From Eledone cirrhosa (lineage: Eukaryota): a stretch of DNA of 64,000 nt. The translations under genes and the position numbers were made by a program. Positions 1 through 12,824 of this stretch are shown piece by piece (position 1 is the first letter of the stretch; every line of letters starts with the position of its first letter). The DNA lies in assembly GCA_964016885.1 (NCBI GenBank), contig OZ024742.1, positions 365,242,001-365,306,000 on the forward strand, given 5' to 3'. The notes beneath the pieces are model-generated. The model saw only the letters and a list, made by a program, of their open reading frames with translations. It did not search any database and was not told the origin of the DNA.

Positions 1-202
1 CTCTCGCTCCAATCCACTCCCATTCTTATAATTAGTAAATTCACTCTCTTCACGTTTGCCAATCAGGCAATCGAGATAAACACATACTTCCACCCAGTTT
101 CGTTTTAGGTCGGTCTTCGCTCCCTCCCTCTGAATTCACTGTTTGACAGCCACCTCCAGCCATCTCTTTACCACTCTAGCGTAGTAGTGAACAAAAACAG
201 AA

Positions 203-266
<64 letters not shown>

Positions 267-267
267 G

Positions 268-456
268 GAACGAGTAGGACCCCGACGGCTGAGCTCAAGC
301 CGTTTCGACGGCTAATTCATGTCCAGAATTAGCCGTCGAAACGGCTTGAGCTCAGCCGTCGGGGTCCTACTCGTTCCTATCACCCACTCTACTACCCTAA
401 GTATTGAGTACTTTGGTGCGTTATGGTCCATCTGGTTCCTTACCACATTTCCATCG

Positions 457-458
<2 letters not shown>
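268..458 (+). mobile_element. Short Penelope-type pLTR insertion (family A): inverted arm + 3' end + tail, in (TA)n
   Basis: 268-318 is the reverse complement of about 326-377, followed by a ~78-nt tail. Near-identical layout at 3861-4053. Contains the 3' half of a hammerhead (GAAA-CGGCT..AGCCG-TC). Confidence 0.7.
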
Positions 459-490
<32 letters not shown>

Positions 491-782
491 GTTTATGTAT
501 TTGTTTTGTAAGATTATTAATATGAAATGGCGTATTGAAGTAATTGTTATATTTTGTGAAGCTGGTTTTGTCAATGTAATTTCGTCACTCACTGTCACCT
601 ATTCAATTACGATTTATATTCTCTGTCTCTACTCTTCTTTCTGCTCTAATTCTGTTTGAACCATCTTGTATGTCTGTGGAACGTTTTCGTGTCTGCGTCA
701 GCGTTTGAATTTGTGTTTGTATATGTGCCTGCCCTAAAGAAATGCACACACACACACACACGCAATATACACACACTCTCTA

Positions 783-1222
<440 letters not shown>

Positions 1223-1239
1223 TATACATGTATATATAT

Positions 1240-2600
1240 ATAATTTCAGGTTATCAATAATGTAGTGATAATATATCGTTACGTTAGAGATGAACAGCGT
1301 ACGTGTAGGTTTGCTCAACGAGTATAAATTATATTCCGGAGAAAATGTAGAAAAGATGAATATAAAATGAAAGTGCTTTTTTTAAAAAGGAATTTATTAG
1401 GTATTGACATATGTTTCTGTAACAGACGGAATACCTATGTATCGCTGCTTGCGTAATCATTCGATAGCAAATGTATAATCAGTTGTCACTTCTTCAGAGA
1501 TTTTGGATAAATTGGATAAAATCAGAAAAATTGAAGTATTTATATTAGTTGTAATAGAGGAAGAAGAGAGGGGAGAGTATATGACAGATGGTAATTCAAT
1601 TTACAGCTAAACAAGTATATAAAGGGTTTCTAATGAGAATACAATGAGTAAAAGGTTTATTTTATCTAAATAAGAATTTTTGGGAGTGCCTATTTTAATC
1701 TATACTTGAACAGTGGACAGGGCTGGTCATTTGGTGTAGTAGTATTAATTGTAAAGTGTCAATTGAGGAAGGGGGAGATTTCGACTGCTACTGAATAACA
1801 TAATGCTAGTAGCCAGCTGGTATATGCATTAGGGAATTGAATTAAGAAATCAGAAATCTCATTTTATCTATAGCAGTTTATATTAAATGGTAAATAATAG
1901 AAGAGTTGATAGAATTAAGACTAATAGAGAATGTTAATATGTGTTTTGACAATCAAACGGAGATGGAGACAGGCGTTCAATCCTGGTAGTATTTGTAATA
2001 TGAAAATGTAGATTTTAAGCGATGGTTACAGTATAACGATCGCTCTATTCTGTTTAACAGATCTATAGAGCTATAGATAAAATGAGATTTCTGATTTCTT
2101 AATTCAATTCCCTAATGCATATACCAGCTGGCTACTAGCATTATGTTATTCAGTAGCAGTCGAAATCTCCCCCTTCCTCAATTGACACTTTACAATTAAT
2201 ACTACTACACCAAATGACCAGCCCTGTCCACTGTTCAATTGGTCAAGTATAGATTAAAATAGGCACTCCCAAAAATTCTTATTTAGATAAAATAAACCTT
2301 TTTACTCATTGTATTCTCATTAGAAACCCTTTATATACTTGTTTAGGTGTAAATTGAATTACCATCTGTCATATACTCTCCCCTCTCTTCTTCCTCTATT
2401 ACAACTAATATAAATACTTCAATTTTTCTGATTTTATCCAATGTATCCAAAATCTCTGAAGAAGTGACAACTGATTATACATTTGCTATCGAATGATTAC
2501 GCAAGCAGCGATACATAGGTATTCCGTCTGTTACAGAAACATATGTCAATACCTAATAAATTCCTTTTTAAAAAAAGCACTTTCATTTTATATTCATCTT

Positions 2601-2605
<5 letters not shown>
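1240..2605 (-). mobile_element. 5'-truncated Penelope-like element (family F) with ~530-bp inverted arm
   Basis: About 1347-1875 is inverted relative to 2071-2605. Minus strand 2060-1977 reads LLNRIERSLYCNHRLKSTFSYYKYYQD*, matching the GIY-YIG C-terminus at 31495-31575 (LLNSKIERSMFCRNK). Confidence 0.75.
2441..2555 (+). ncRNA. Hammerhead-like motif (family F); inverted copy at 1398-1502 (-)
   Basis: CTGAAGA 2456-62, stem II GTGACA/TGTTAC, GAAA 2536-39, palindromic ACATATGT, GTC triplet. Proximal stem I pairs poorly. Confidence 0.55.
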
Positions 2606-2660
<55 letters not shown>

Positions 2661-3599
2661 GTATTTGGCCGTATCTTTTAACCTTGATATAAATGTGTGT
2701 GTGTGTGTGTGTGTATGTGTGTATGCTTGTGTCTGAGTGTGTGCGTAAGAGACTCAGCCAACTATAACTAACAAGTAGGAAAATGTCAGCCCATCACCAG
2801 AACATATACATATTTAGAAGTAACAAAAATTAAGAATGTTATTTGTGAACAGAATTCTCTGCAAAGTTTCTATCATTAAAAAAAGAAAGATAAACATACA
2901 TTACACTCAAATGCTCATTGATTTAATGCTTGAAAATGTTATCTTGGCTGGTATTTAAAACAGCCACTTGTTCTGTTACGTGAAAGTCACTTGAGTATTT
3001 TATACTTTAATGAATCTCTATAGCAAAGAAAAATTAGATTGGAAATAATAAAGAAAGCAAGAAATATTTTGTAGGTGTGAGCATTGAAATGTGTATTAAT
3101 GCATATTGTAGTAGTTGATTAGAGACGACATCCTGCAGCAGTTTGTAGAACACATCAGGGATGAAGTGAATAGAATTAATAGCAAGAATCTCAGGGGAAC
3201 TCTAATAGATTTGAACTGTTTAAAATGGATGCATTTCTAAATAATGTCGAACTCCTGAATGTCTTGGTGAGGAAGAGACCAAATGACGACTGCTTAATGA
3301 GTTCCTAAATAGAGTGTCAAGGTGTGACATGCAAGCATACACACGGACATACATACATATATATATATATATATACATATATATATGCATACATATATAT
3401 ATACATTTATATATAGATAGATAGAGAGAGGGAGAGAGAACAGTGAGCATATTCACACATACATATGTACATCTGTCTCTCTCTATATATACACACACTT
3501 TTGCAACAGAATATGGGCCAATCTTGGTCTGAATATAATTACATTTATATAAATGCGCACACTAAAACACAGACATTAAATATATATATATATATATAT

Positions 3600-3791
3600 A
3601 TAGTAATAATAATAAAATTGAAGACTAAAATCCAAAGAGGGCTCGATAAGGAAAATATATATCAAATATATAAGAACCGTAGAGCAACGTTTTTTGAAAT
3701 ATCCAGTTCTGCGTTTACAGATTGACTTTGTTAGTTTCAGAAGATCCCGTTAAGGGTGAAAGCAGCGATTCTTTGCTTAAACTTTAATCTG

Positions 3792-3794
<3 letters not shown>
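3600..3794. mobile_element. Short pLTR insertion (family G): minus-strand tail plus inverted hammerhead-bearing arm
   Basis: 3600-3685 is the reverse complement of 32620-32710. 3738-3792 matches 32551-32605. Another tail copy lies at 12985-13080. Confidence 0.65.
3715..3794 (+). ncRNA. Type I hammerhead ribozyme with variant core CAGAAGA (family G)
   Basis: Stem I AGTTT/AAACT plus distal TTACAGATTGA/TTAATCTGTAA; core CAGAAGA 3738-44; stem II CCC/GGG; GAAA 3758-61; stem III AGCA/TGCT; triplet CTT. Confidence 0.7.
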
Positions 3795-3860
<66 letters not shown>

Positions 3861-3862
<2 letters not shown>

Positions 3863-4053
3863 AACAAGTAAGACCCCGACGGCTGAGCTCAAGCCGTTTC
3901 GACGGCTAATTCTGGACTCCAGAATTAGCCGTCGAAACAGCTTGAGCTCAGCCGTCGGGGTCTTACTTGTTCCTATTACCCACTCTACTACCCTAAGTAT
4001 TGAGTACTTTGGTGCGTTATGGTCCACCTGGTTCCTTACCACATTTCCTTCGT
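3861..4053 (+). mobile_element. Family A pLTR insertion, second copy
   Basis: Near-perfect palindrome 3861-3973 with the same tail as 268-458; flanked by (TA)n. Confidence 0.7.
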
Positions 4054-4060
4054 TATATAT

Positions 4061-4106
<46 letters not shown>

Positions 4107-4124
4107 ATATACATGTATATATAC

Positions 4125-4180
<56 letters not shown>

Positions 4181-4648
4181 ATATACATATATTTTTTTAA
4201 AAAATTTTTTTTAAAAAGATATTTTCTTATTTTACGTCCTTTATATTATTGTTCTGCATTCTCCTGCATTGAACCACCTAGGTACTATGACATAACCTGT
4301 GTATTTGCTGGCATGGGCGTGCATCTGTGCGCTTATGTTAGTTGATATATTAAATTATCTATATTTATCTCCAAATCACTGATTTGTCGAGCAAACTTGT
4401 CAAAACCACTTCTAAAAAAATTTTTTTTTGGGGTGTTAGTAGGCGTCAGTCATCTTACCATCCCATTCCTTCTAACTAGCCTCTGTGTCACGTGATTGAT
4501 TCTTTAGAATCGGCCATTTGACTTGAAGCAGTGAGAATTTCGGTACATAGAATCCAGTCCTCGCAAGCTGTTCGATCTACCGAATTATTATTATTTTTAT
4601 ATGAGCCGCCAGTGTCCGCGCATTGCCTGGAGACTTAACTGAGAATAG

Positions 4649-4730
4649 ACTCCCTGATGACGCAATGAATTCTCGACAGTTGGATTACGTAACTGTCTTT
4701 ATCCCATTGCAGAAACTAATTAGTTGGAGT
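4649..4730 (+). ncRNA. Type I hammerhead ribozyme
   Basis: ACTCC-CTGATGA-C-GCAATG...CATTGC-A-GAAA-CTAATTAG-TT-GGAGT. Palindromic stem III ACTAATTAGT; inner helix GACAGTT/AACTGTC. Confidence 0.85.
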
Positions 4731-5209
4731 GAAAATTTAAGTAAGTAAAAAAATTTTTTTTAAAAATTTTTTTAAAAAGATATTTTCTTATTTTACGCCC
4801 TTTATATTATTGTTCTGCATTCTCCTGCATTGAACCACCTAGGTACTATGACATAACCTGTGTATTTGCTGGCATGGGCGTGCATCTGTGCGCTTATGTT
4901 AGTTGATATATTAAATTATCTATATTTATCTCCAAATCACTGATTTGTCGAGCAAACTTGTCAAAACCACTTCTAAAAAAATTTTTTTTTGGGGTGTTAG
5001 TAGGCGTCAGTCATCTTACCATCCCATTCCTTCTAACTAGCCTCTGTGTCACGTGATTGATTCTTTAGAATCGGCCATTTGACTTGAAGCAGTGAGAATT
5101 TCGGTATATAGAATCCAGTCCTCGCAAGCTGTTCGATCTACCGAATTATTATTATTTTTATATGAGCCGCCAGTGTCCGCGCATTGCCTGGAGACTTAAC
5201 TGAGAATAG

Positions 5210-5291
5210 ACTCCCTGATGACGCAATGAATTCTCGACAGTTGGATTACGTAACTGTCTTTATCCCATTGCAGAAACTAATTAGTTGGAGT
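5210..5291 (+). ncRNA. Type I hammerhead ribozyme (second tandem copy)
   Basis: Identical to 4649-4730. Confidence 0.85.
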
Positions 5292-5360
5292 GAAAATTTA
5301 AGTAAGTAAAAAAATTTTTTTTAAAAATTTTTTTAAAAAGATATTTTCTTATTTTACGTC

Positions 5361-5445
<85 letters not shown>

Positions 5446-5454
5446 GTATATATA

Positions 5455-5486
<32 letters not shown>

Positions 5487-5488
5487 AA

Positions 5489-5522
<34 letters not shown>

Positions 5523-5523
<1 letters not shown>

Positions 5524-5870
5524 TAGTAAAAGGAAAAGAAAATGCCGACAAATTTTTCCCAGTGAAAAATAGTTTAATTAGGAATAAGTATAAATTAGTA
5601 ATAAGTATTGGTTAGTATTCAGTTTTAGTTTTAAGTTTTTACCGGTTGCGCATTTCTAATGCTTTTCACACATAATTTTGAGATAGGGCGCTCGTGATGT
5701 TTGCTCTGCTTACTGTAGATATTACTGAAGTTCATAAACATCTCGGAGAAAATTTAAACTTCATGTGATAAACATTTTATTCACTTTGTACAGAAAAACT
5801 ATAAAATATTGCATTTATATATCTCATGACAAACTTGAAAATATGCCGATCTTAAGATCTCTCTCTCATA
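5523..5870 (-). mobile_element. Diverged pLTR fragment related to the element at 32724-35477
   Basis: 5525-5710 aligns by eye with 32765-32960. Confidence 0.55.
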
Positions 5871-5975
5871 TACACACTTTTACTCTTTTACCTGTACCAG
5901 CCGTCCGGCTGAGGCCATGATGTATATATATATATGTGTGTGTGTCTGTGTGTGTGTGAATGCTCGCGTATTGTA

Positions 5976-6059
<84 letters not shown>

Positions 6060-6356
6060 CACACACGCATATATATATATATCTACAATTATACATTTAT
6101 CTACACATCCATATATAAGAACATACGAAATCACACATACACATTATATATACATATGTATAAGACAAACACGTTCAATGAACTTTTTACTTTTAGAAAT
6201 AGAACAACGTGACAGGAATGGTAAAGAGAAACTACAGTAAAATAGTTTATACTTCAAAGAACGTATAAATCTTCAATAACACTATTTCGATGGTACTTCG
6301 AATAATCTTAACAATTATTTCGTTTGTGGAATACACAATCTAACCTTTAATATATA

Positions 6357-7209
6357 CTAGCTGACGTACCCAGCTTCGCCCGGGTAAACAGATGATAAGA
6401 GAAGACAGGTAAAAGAGAAAATGACTGTATTGGATGTCTGGTTAGAGTATGAGGCGAGTCCGTGGTGTCTGTGTGATACAAAAAAACAGTAAAAAAAATC
6501 TTCCAGATATACCAGATTCTTCGTTGTACCGTTTGTGCATAGCATATGAACATTTATAGGTGCTCCCACCTAGAATAGTGACCTCTAGGAGATGGTTCAT
6601 CTTCTGCCTGACTGTAAAACGTGTATCATTGCATAGACATGATTGTTCCACGTTTCTCAAAAGGATGATGGAAGTTCCAATCTTCTATATTATATGTAGA
6701 TATAGATATAGATAATTAATATAAAAGATGATGCTCAGCCAGTTCGTCTTCAACCATCGCAGCATGCCGTCGCTGCTTGGCGCCAGTGTTTCGTTGGCGT
6801 TGTTCAGCCAGCTCCTCTTCATTCATGGCGGCACGTCTTCGCCTCTGAAGTTCGGCGTTCCGATGGCGCTGTTCGGCCCTTTTTTCTTCATTCCTGGCTG
6901 CCCGCCGTCGCCGTCGCCGCTGTAGTTCACTGTTTGATAAAGTCGAATTGCTTTTACTTTCTGTGGAACGCTGCACACACACATAAACATACGCGCACGT
7001 ACATACACACGCACATATGGTAATAGTTACATCGTTCACTTTGCCTCTCTCTTTCTTACTCTCCCCTCTCACTCCCTCATTGGCATTATGCATATTAATA
7101 TAAGTTTGGCGTCGTTGAGGTGGGCGGAGTCGTTTGAAATCTATGAACCAATGATAATCGAGAATTATGGACACCCGGAATAATGACATTGTTGAAATTA
7201 ATATATAGA
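6357..7209 (-). mobile_element. Internally deleted Helitron
   Basis: Minus strand starts A|TC (7209) and ends with hairpin ACCC..GGGT then CTAG|T (6357). Remnants of RepHel helicase (RNVEQSCLCNDTRFTV..HLLEVTILGG; GTTKNLVYLEDF) and Arg/Glu-rich N-terminal repeats. Confidence 0.8.
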
Positions 7210-7395
7210 TTAGCTGAGCTGCTATCTGATTGGTTTGTTGGACCTTTTTACAGATGTCTTACTTGGCAATACATATATATATAGAGAGAGAGTGAAAGAG
7301 AGTGTGCGAGAGAAGCAAAGAACCACTGTAATAATTAGAGCGCATGCGCACACAACAGTTGTATATATATATGCTCATATATATGTATATGTGTT

Positions 7396-7446
<51 letters not shown>

Positions 7447-7587
7447 ATGTGTGTGTGCGTGTGGAAAAAATGAAATTTCATTTTCTCCATTTATCGTTTT
7501 CGGTACGCCCGGCCGACTAACTCACTCGATATGCAAATTAGGCTGCTCAGCCGTTAATATGCATAAGGAAAGTATATACTTTCAAAC

Positions 7588-7674
7588 GTTCAATCGACTG
7601 ACAGGAAGGTATACGGTGCTGATGACAGCTAATAAGCTAGAAACTAGTTCATCGTTCCTTTGTCAGTGTTGAAC
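7588..7674 (+). ncRNA. Type I hammerhead ribozyme (family K) within a ~310-bp insertion (7463-7772)
   Basis: ACGGTG-CTGATGA-C-AGCT(AATA)AGCT-A-GAAA-CTAG-TT-CATCGT. Extended stem I ACTGACA/TGTCAGT and GTTCAA/TTGAAC. Confidence 0.9.
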
Positions 7675-7878
7675 AAAAGGGCAACGATGTTGCCGAACAC
7701 TGCACGGCTCAATTCGGGCAGTTTGTTTACAAACAAACCGAACATTATAATAAAGTTTCGGTAAACCCATACTTTCATATATATATATATGTATGCATGT
7801 ATGTATGCATATACATACATTCATATACATATAAATACATATACATATACATACATACAAATACATACACACATACAT

Positions 7879-7919
<41 letters not shown>

Positions 7920-8217
7920 AACAGACATGCTATTGACGTCTGTTTAAAAGGTTTGCACAGAATTTAGGTTAACTTTTCACTCTTTCTTCGTTAATTTTGT
8001 CGAATGGAATAAAACACATGAAATATTTTTTCCATTCCTCAAATCACTTTCTTCCATTTTTTTTTCAAATCTCTGTTTTATGTAATACTATATTTTACTG
8101 TTTGTGAGCAGTATAATGAACCACTTTACTGAAATACAAACGTAGTAGCTTTCATTTATATATGTCTATTAATAAATACATAAACTTTTATAATTTTAGC
8201 CGCTGTTATCGGCATCG

Positions 8218-8330
8218 CCCGGTCTGGGAATCAAACTCACAACCTCGCAATCGCGAAGTTGTGAGTTTGATTCCCAGACTGGGTGATGCGTTGTGTCCTT
8301 GAGCAAGACATTTTATTTCACGTTGCTCCT
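8218..8330 (+). mobile_element. tRNA-derived SINE remnant with 5' fold-back
   Basis: B-box-like GAGTTTGATTCCC and core TGTGTCCTTGAGCAAGAC; 8218-8243 is inverted relative to 8258-8283. Confidence 0.55.
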
Positions 8331-8732
8331 TGTACCTGGAGTTGCGACCGATAGATAGTATTAGCAATTGGAAACACCAATGGAAACTTTGTTTCCTCGG
8401 TCCGATTTGACGAAAGTTGATCGTTTCTTTATTATCGGCAGTTGAGGTATAGAATACACAGTGTTGTTAGAAAGTCGGATAGAATGATTTGCGCTATTTC
8501 TTCTAACTCTGTATGGTCTCAATATTCACTGACGACAATGTTGCCCCACCTCAATTCGACGTCAATAAAACGTTACCAACAGACTACTGGGGTCGATTAT
8601 TTCAGCATAAATTTTCGTTTTTGTCTTACTTTCTCTCTCCTCAGACGAAAACAATTGGCTGTTCTGACCTTTAACAGACACAAAACACGGTGTATGTCAC
8701 TAGAGGTTCGCAATCATTCTATCTGGAGTTAG

Positions 8733-9652
8733 AAACCCAGCAGGATGGTATTCAACTCTTTCCACTTCGAGGGTATTCTTCCATCGTCCAGATAGTGTGT
8801 GAATCGCTCGGCGATGATTTTCCAGAGTTGCTCTCCGCCTGACTTCAACACCTCCGATGTTATGCCCTCTTACCCTGACGCCTTTCCGCTTTTCATCAAG
8901 CCGACGGCTCTTTCGACCTCACCGACAAGGATGGGTGGCACATTTTCTTCCTGTTGGAGTGACGGCAACGGCTGCACATACCCGGCAGACTTGAAGAGCT
9001 TGGTGTAGAAGTTTTCGCAAACCTTTTGCACCTCACTCTTGTCGCTGACCGGTACTCCAGCTGTGTTTTTCAGGATCGTCACCTCCGATCTGTACATTGT
9101 CATGTCCCTCTTGAATTTCTTGAGGCTCTTCTTTTCCTTTGCGGCCTTCAGGAGCTTCTCCATCCGGTATGCCTCGAAGTCTCTCTTCAGATGTTGACGT
9201 ATCACTCTGCTGAGAAGGGAATATTCGAGGTGATCTTCAGGTGTCCTCTTCATTTTCCTCCTCTTCTCAAGCAACATCATAGTTTCCTCCGAGACTCTTC
9301 CCTTCCGCTCCCTCGGGCACACACCCTTAGCCTTCCTCAAGCACTCCTTCAGTTTCCTTATCCAGCGTGAGGGACGTCATCACAGAATATATGCGCAGCA
9401 AGTTCAGATGGGCTGGCCACGTCGCCCGATTCACCGATAATCGGTGGACCCGCGCAGTTGTCGAGTGGTACCCGCGCGAGCGGAAACGACCACTCTGAAG
9501 GCCTCCAGGAAGGTGGAGTTACGATTTTAAGAATACGATTGGGACTACATGGATGAGGAAAGCACGATCCAGAGAGGAATGGACGGCGTGCTGTTACCAG
9601 GGGCGCTGAATGGACGCCCGACAGACTGGTCGGTCAAGGTAATCAAGGTGAT
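8733..9652. mobile_element. RTE-clade LINE fragment with 5' inversion
   Basis: 8733-9370 (-) encodes the region upstream of RT ([24 protein letters not shown]). 9372-9652 (+) encodes the C-terminus RWAGHVARFTDNRWTRAVVEWYPRERKRP, with a short CAAGGT repeat tail. Confidence 0.85.
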
Positions 9653-9706
9653 ATGTACATATATATTTATATGCAGGCATGCAAGTATACATGCTTACAT
9701 ATATAC

Positions 9707-9750
<44 letters not shown>

Positions 9751-9760
9751 TATACATACA

Positions 9761-9835
<75 letters not shown>

Positions 9836-9867
9836 AGATCAAAAGATGGTTAAAGGAGTTCAATATA

Positions 9868-9934
9868 TTTTATTATGCGCATTTCAAAAACAAACATCAT
9901 CAAACAATAATATTTGTGTTTTCATCAGATAAAA
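9868..9934 (-). ncRNA. Type I hammerhead ribozyme (family B, inverted arm)
   Basis: Reverse complement of 12758-12824. Confidence 0.85.
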
Positions 9935-11406
9935 CAGGAGAACATGATATGAAGGCTAAAAAAACACTTGTTGATAGTGCAGTTTTAAATCAACATATGA
10001 AAAGTGGTTTTAGATTGATGTGTGATATTGGGAAAAATATTTTATTTAGAGAGGGGGGGGAGAGAAAAGGATGAAAAGGGAAGGAGATGAGAGGGAGAGA
10101 TGGGTGATAGAGAGAAAGAGATAGTTTTTATAACTGAGAGGAGATATATTTTATATAGAGGGGTTGAAAACCGTTGGAAGATACTGTATAAATTAAAAAT
10201 TTTGAAAATTAACGAAGGGAGGATATGTGCGAGGAAAAAATATATTATATTTAGGGAGGGGGGGGGGTTGGAAAGGATGAAAAAAAGGGGAGGAGATGAG
10301 AGTGAAGGTGGAAAGGGAGAGATGGGTGATAGAGAGAAAGAGATAGTTTTTATAACTGAGAAAAAGATATAATGTTTTAATATAGAGAGGTTGGGAACCG
10401 TTGGAAGATAATGTATAAATTAAAGGAATTTGAAAATTAACGAAGGGAAATTATGTATGAAGATAGAGAGAAAAAATAATAATTGTGGGTGAATATTCTA
10501 ACGTCAAAAGAAGAAATGTAGGAATTTTAAAATTAGCAAAGAGAAAAAGTTTATGTGTAGAAGGATTTGAGAAAAATAATGTGAAGTTAAAGTTTGTATA
10601 TTGAATTCATATGTATTAATAATGAGTTCGTTGATGGGGAGAAAAAAATAATAATAAATTAAGGATGAAATTGAGATTAAAAAGATTTATGATAGAGAGA
10701 AAAAATAATAATGATTGCGGATGAATACTCAAAATGTCAAAAACAAATGTTATTGTTTTACGAGGAGATAGAATGAGGGTAATGAGTAAACGAGTATTAT
10801 AGAGTGTATAATGCCCTTTAAAGTAAGGTAGATGGGTATATTTTAAAGAATATATGAGTATATATTAAAAAAAATATATAATAATAAATTAAGGATGAAA
10901 TTGAGATTAAAAAGATTTATGATAGAGAGAAAAAATAATAATGATTGCGGATGAATATTCAAAATGTCAAAAACAAATGTTATTGTTTTACGAGAAGATA
11001 GAATGAGGGTAATGAGTAAACGAGTATTATAGAGTGTATAATGCCCTTTAAAGTAAGGTAGATGGGTATATTTTAAAGAGGTGTATGTATATGTGCCTTT
11101 GAGAAAAGATTCTAAATTGATAAAGAATTGAATATTAACTGTATACTTTGTGAAAAGTTCTATGGAATTTATGCAGGCAGATGGAAAACAAATCCGAGCG
11201 TCTATTTATTATGGATTCTAGGTTAGAGATAATGGTAAATTTTTCATTTAGGCAGAGATTACAGATTTTAGATAGAGAGCTGTTCAAGTACGAGGATGCA
11301 GAAGAAATCTTTTTCCAAAAGATGTTATATTTAATGTTTTTGTCTTTTAAGGAATTGGTGCTAGTTATAATTTTACATTCATAAATTTTACATTCATAAA
11401 TTAAGC

Positions 11407-11790
11407 CTCGATAAAAACTTAATTTATGAATGTAAAATTATAACTAGCACCAATTCCTTCACCTATTTTGGCTCCACTTCCACCTCTTTTAAAGCTCGTC
11501 TCTATAATCATCATTCATCTTTCAAATACAAACTTAAAAGAACTAACACTGCTCTCTCAGAACTCATATGGTCCTTAAAAGACAAAAACATTAAATATAA
11601 CATCTTTTGGAAAAAGATTTCTTCTGCATCCTCGTACTTGAACAGCTCTCTATCTAAAATCTGTAATCTCTGCCTAAATGAAAAATTTACCATTATCTCT
11701 AACCTAGAATCCATAATAAATAGACGCTCGGATTTGTTTTCCATCTGCCTGCATAAATTCCATAGAACTTTTCACAAAGTATACAGTTAA
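11407..11790 (+). pseudogene. GIY-YIG endonuclease domain of a Penelope-like element (Naiad-like Cys/His pattern); not in the ORF track
   Basis: Open frame LDKNLIYECK..TYFGSTSTSFKARLYNHHSSF..TALSELIWSLK..ICNLCLNEKFTII..INRRSDLFSICLHK..*; 5'-truncated. Confidence 0.9.
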
Positions 11791-12757
11791 TATTCAATTC
11801 TTTATCAATTTAGAATGTTTTCTCAAAGGCACATATACATACACCTCTTTAAAATATACCCATCTACCTTACTTTAAAGGGCATTATACACTCTATAATA
11901 CTCGTTTACTCATTACCCTCATTCTATCTTCTCGTAAAACAATAACATTTGTTTTTGACATTTTGAATATTCATCCGCAATCATTATTATTTTTTCTCTC
12001 TATCATAAATCTTTTTAATCTCAATTTCATCCTTAATTTATTATTATTTTTTTCTCCCCATCAACGAACTCATTATTAATACATATGAATTCAATATACA
12101 AACTTTAACTTCACATTATTTTTCTCAAATCCTTCTACACATAAACTTTTTCTCTTTGCTAATTTTAAAATTCCTACATTTCTTCTTTTGACGTTAGAAT
12201 ATTCACCCACAATTATTATTTTTTTCTCTCTATCTTCATACATAATTTCCCTTCGTTAATTTTCAAATTCCTTTAATTTATACATTATCTTCCAACGGTT
12301 CCCAACCTCTCTATATTAAAACATTATATCTTTTTCTCAGTTATAAAAACTATCTCTTTCTCTCTATCACCCATCTCTCCCTTTCCACCTTCACTCTCAT
12401 CTCCTCCCCTTTTTTTCATCCTTTCCACCCCCCCCTCCCTAAATATAATATATTTTTTCCTCGCACATATCCTCCCTTCGTTAATTTTCAAAATTTTTAA
12501 TTTATACAGTATCTTCCAACGGTTTTCAACCCCTCTATATAAAATATATCTCCTCTCAGTTATAAAAACTATCTCTTTCTCTCTATCACCCATCTCTCCC
12601 TCTCATCTCCTTCCCTTTTCATCCTTTTCTCTCCCCCCCTCTCTAAATAAAATATTTTTCCCAATATCACACATCAATCTAAAACCACTTTTCATATGTT
12701 GATTTAAAGCTGCACTATCAACAAGTGTTTTTTTAGCCTTCATATCATGTTCTCCTG

Positions 12758-12824
12758 TTTTATCTGATGAAAACACAAATATTATTGTTTGATGATGTTT
12801 GTTTTTGAAATGCGCATAATAAAA
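12758..12824 (+). ncRNA. Type I hammerhead ribozyme (family B)
   Basis: TTTTAT-CTGATGA-16-position stem II with several G-U pairs-GAAA-TGCGCA-TA-ATAAAA; palindromic ATGCGCAT. Confidence 0.9.

Larger units (their letters stand above)
4191..5366 (+). mobile_element. Tandem 561-bp non-coding hammerhead-containing unit (retrozyme-like), 2 copies plus a partial
   Basis: Same motif at 4218, 4779 and 5340 (period 561). Units are near-identical, show no ORF in the track, carry one hammerhead each, and are flanked by (TA)n. Confidence 0.8.

Noticed and set aside
11181-11744. Duplicated MENKSERL ORFs (also MGDREKE at 10100 and 12324)
   Set aside because: Antisense readings of the GIY-YIG frame or 3'UTR in the inverted arms.
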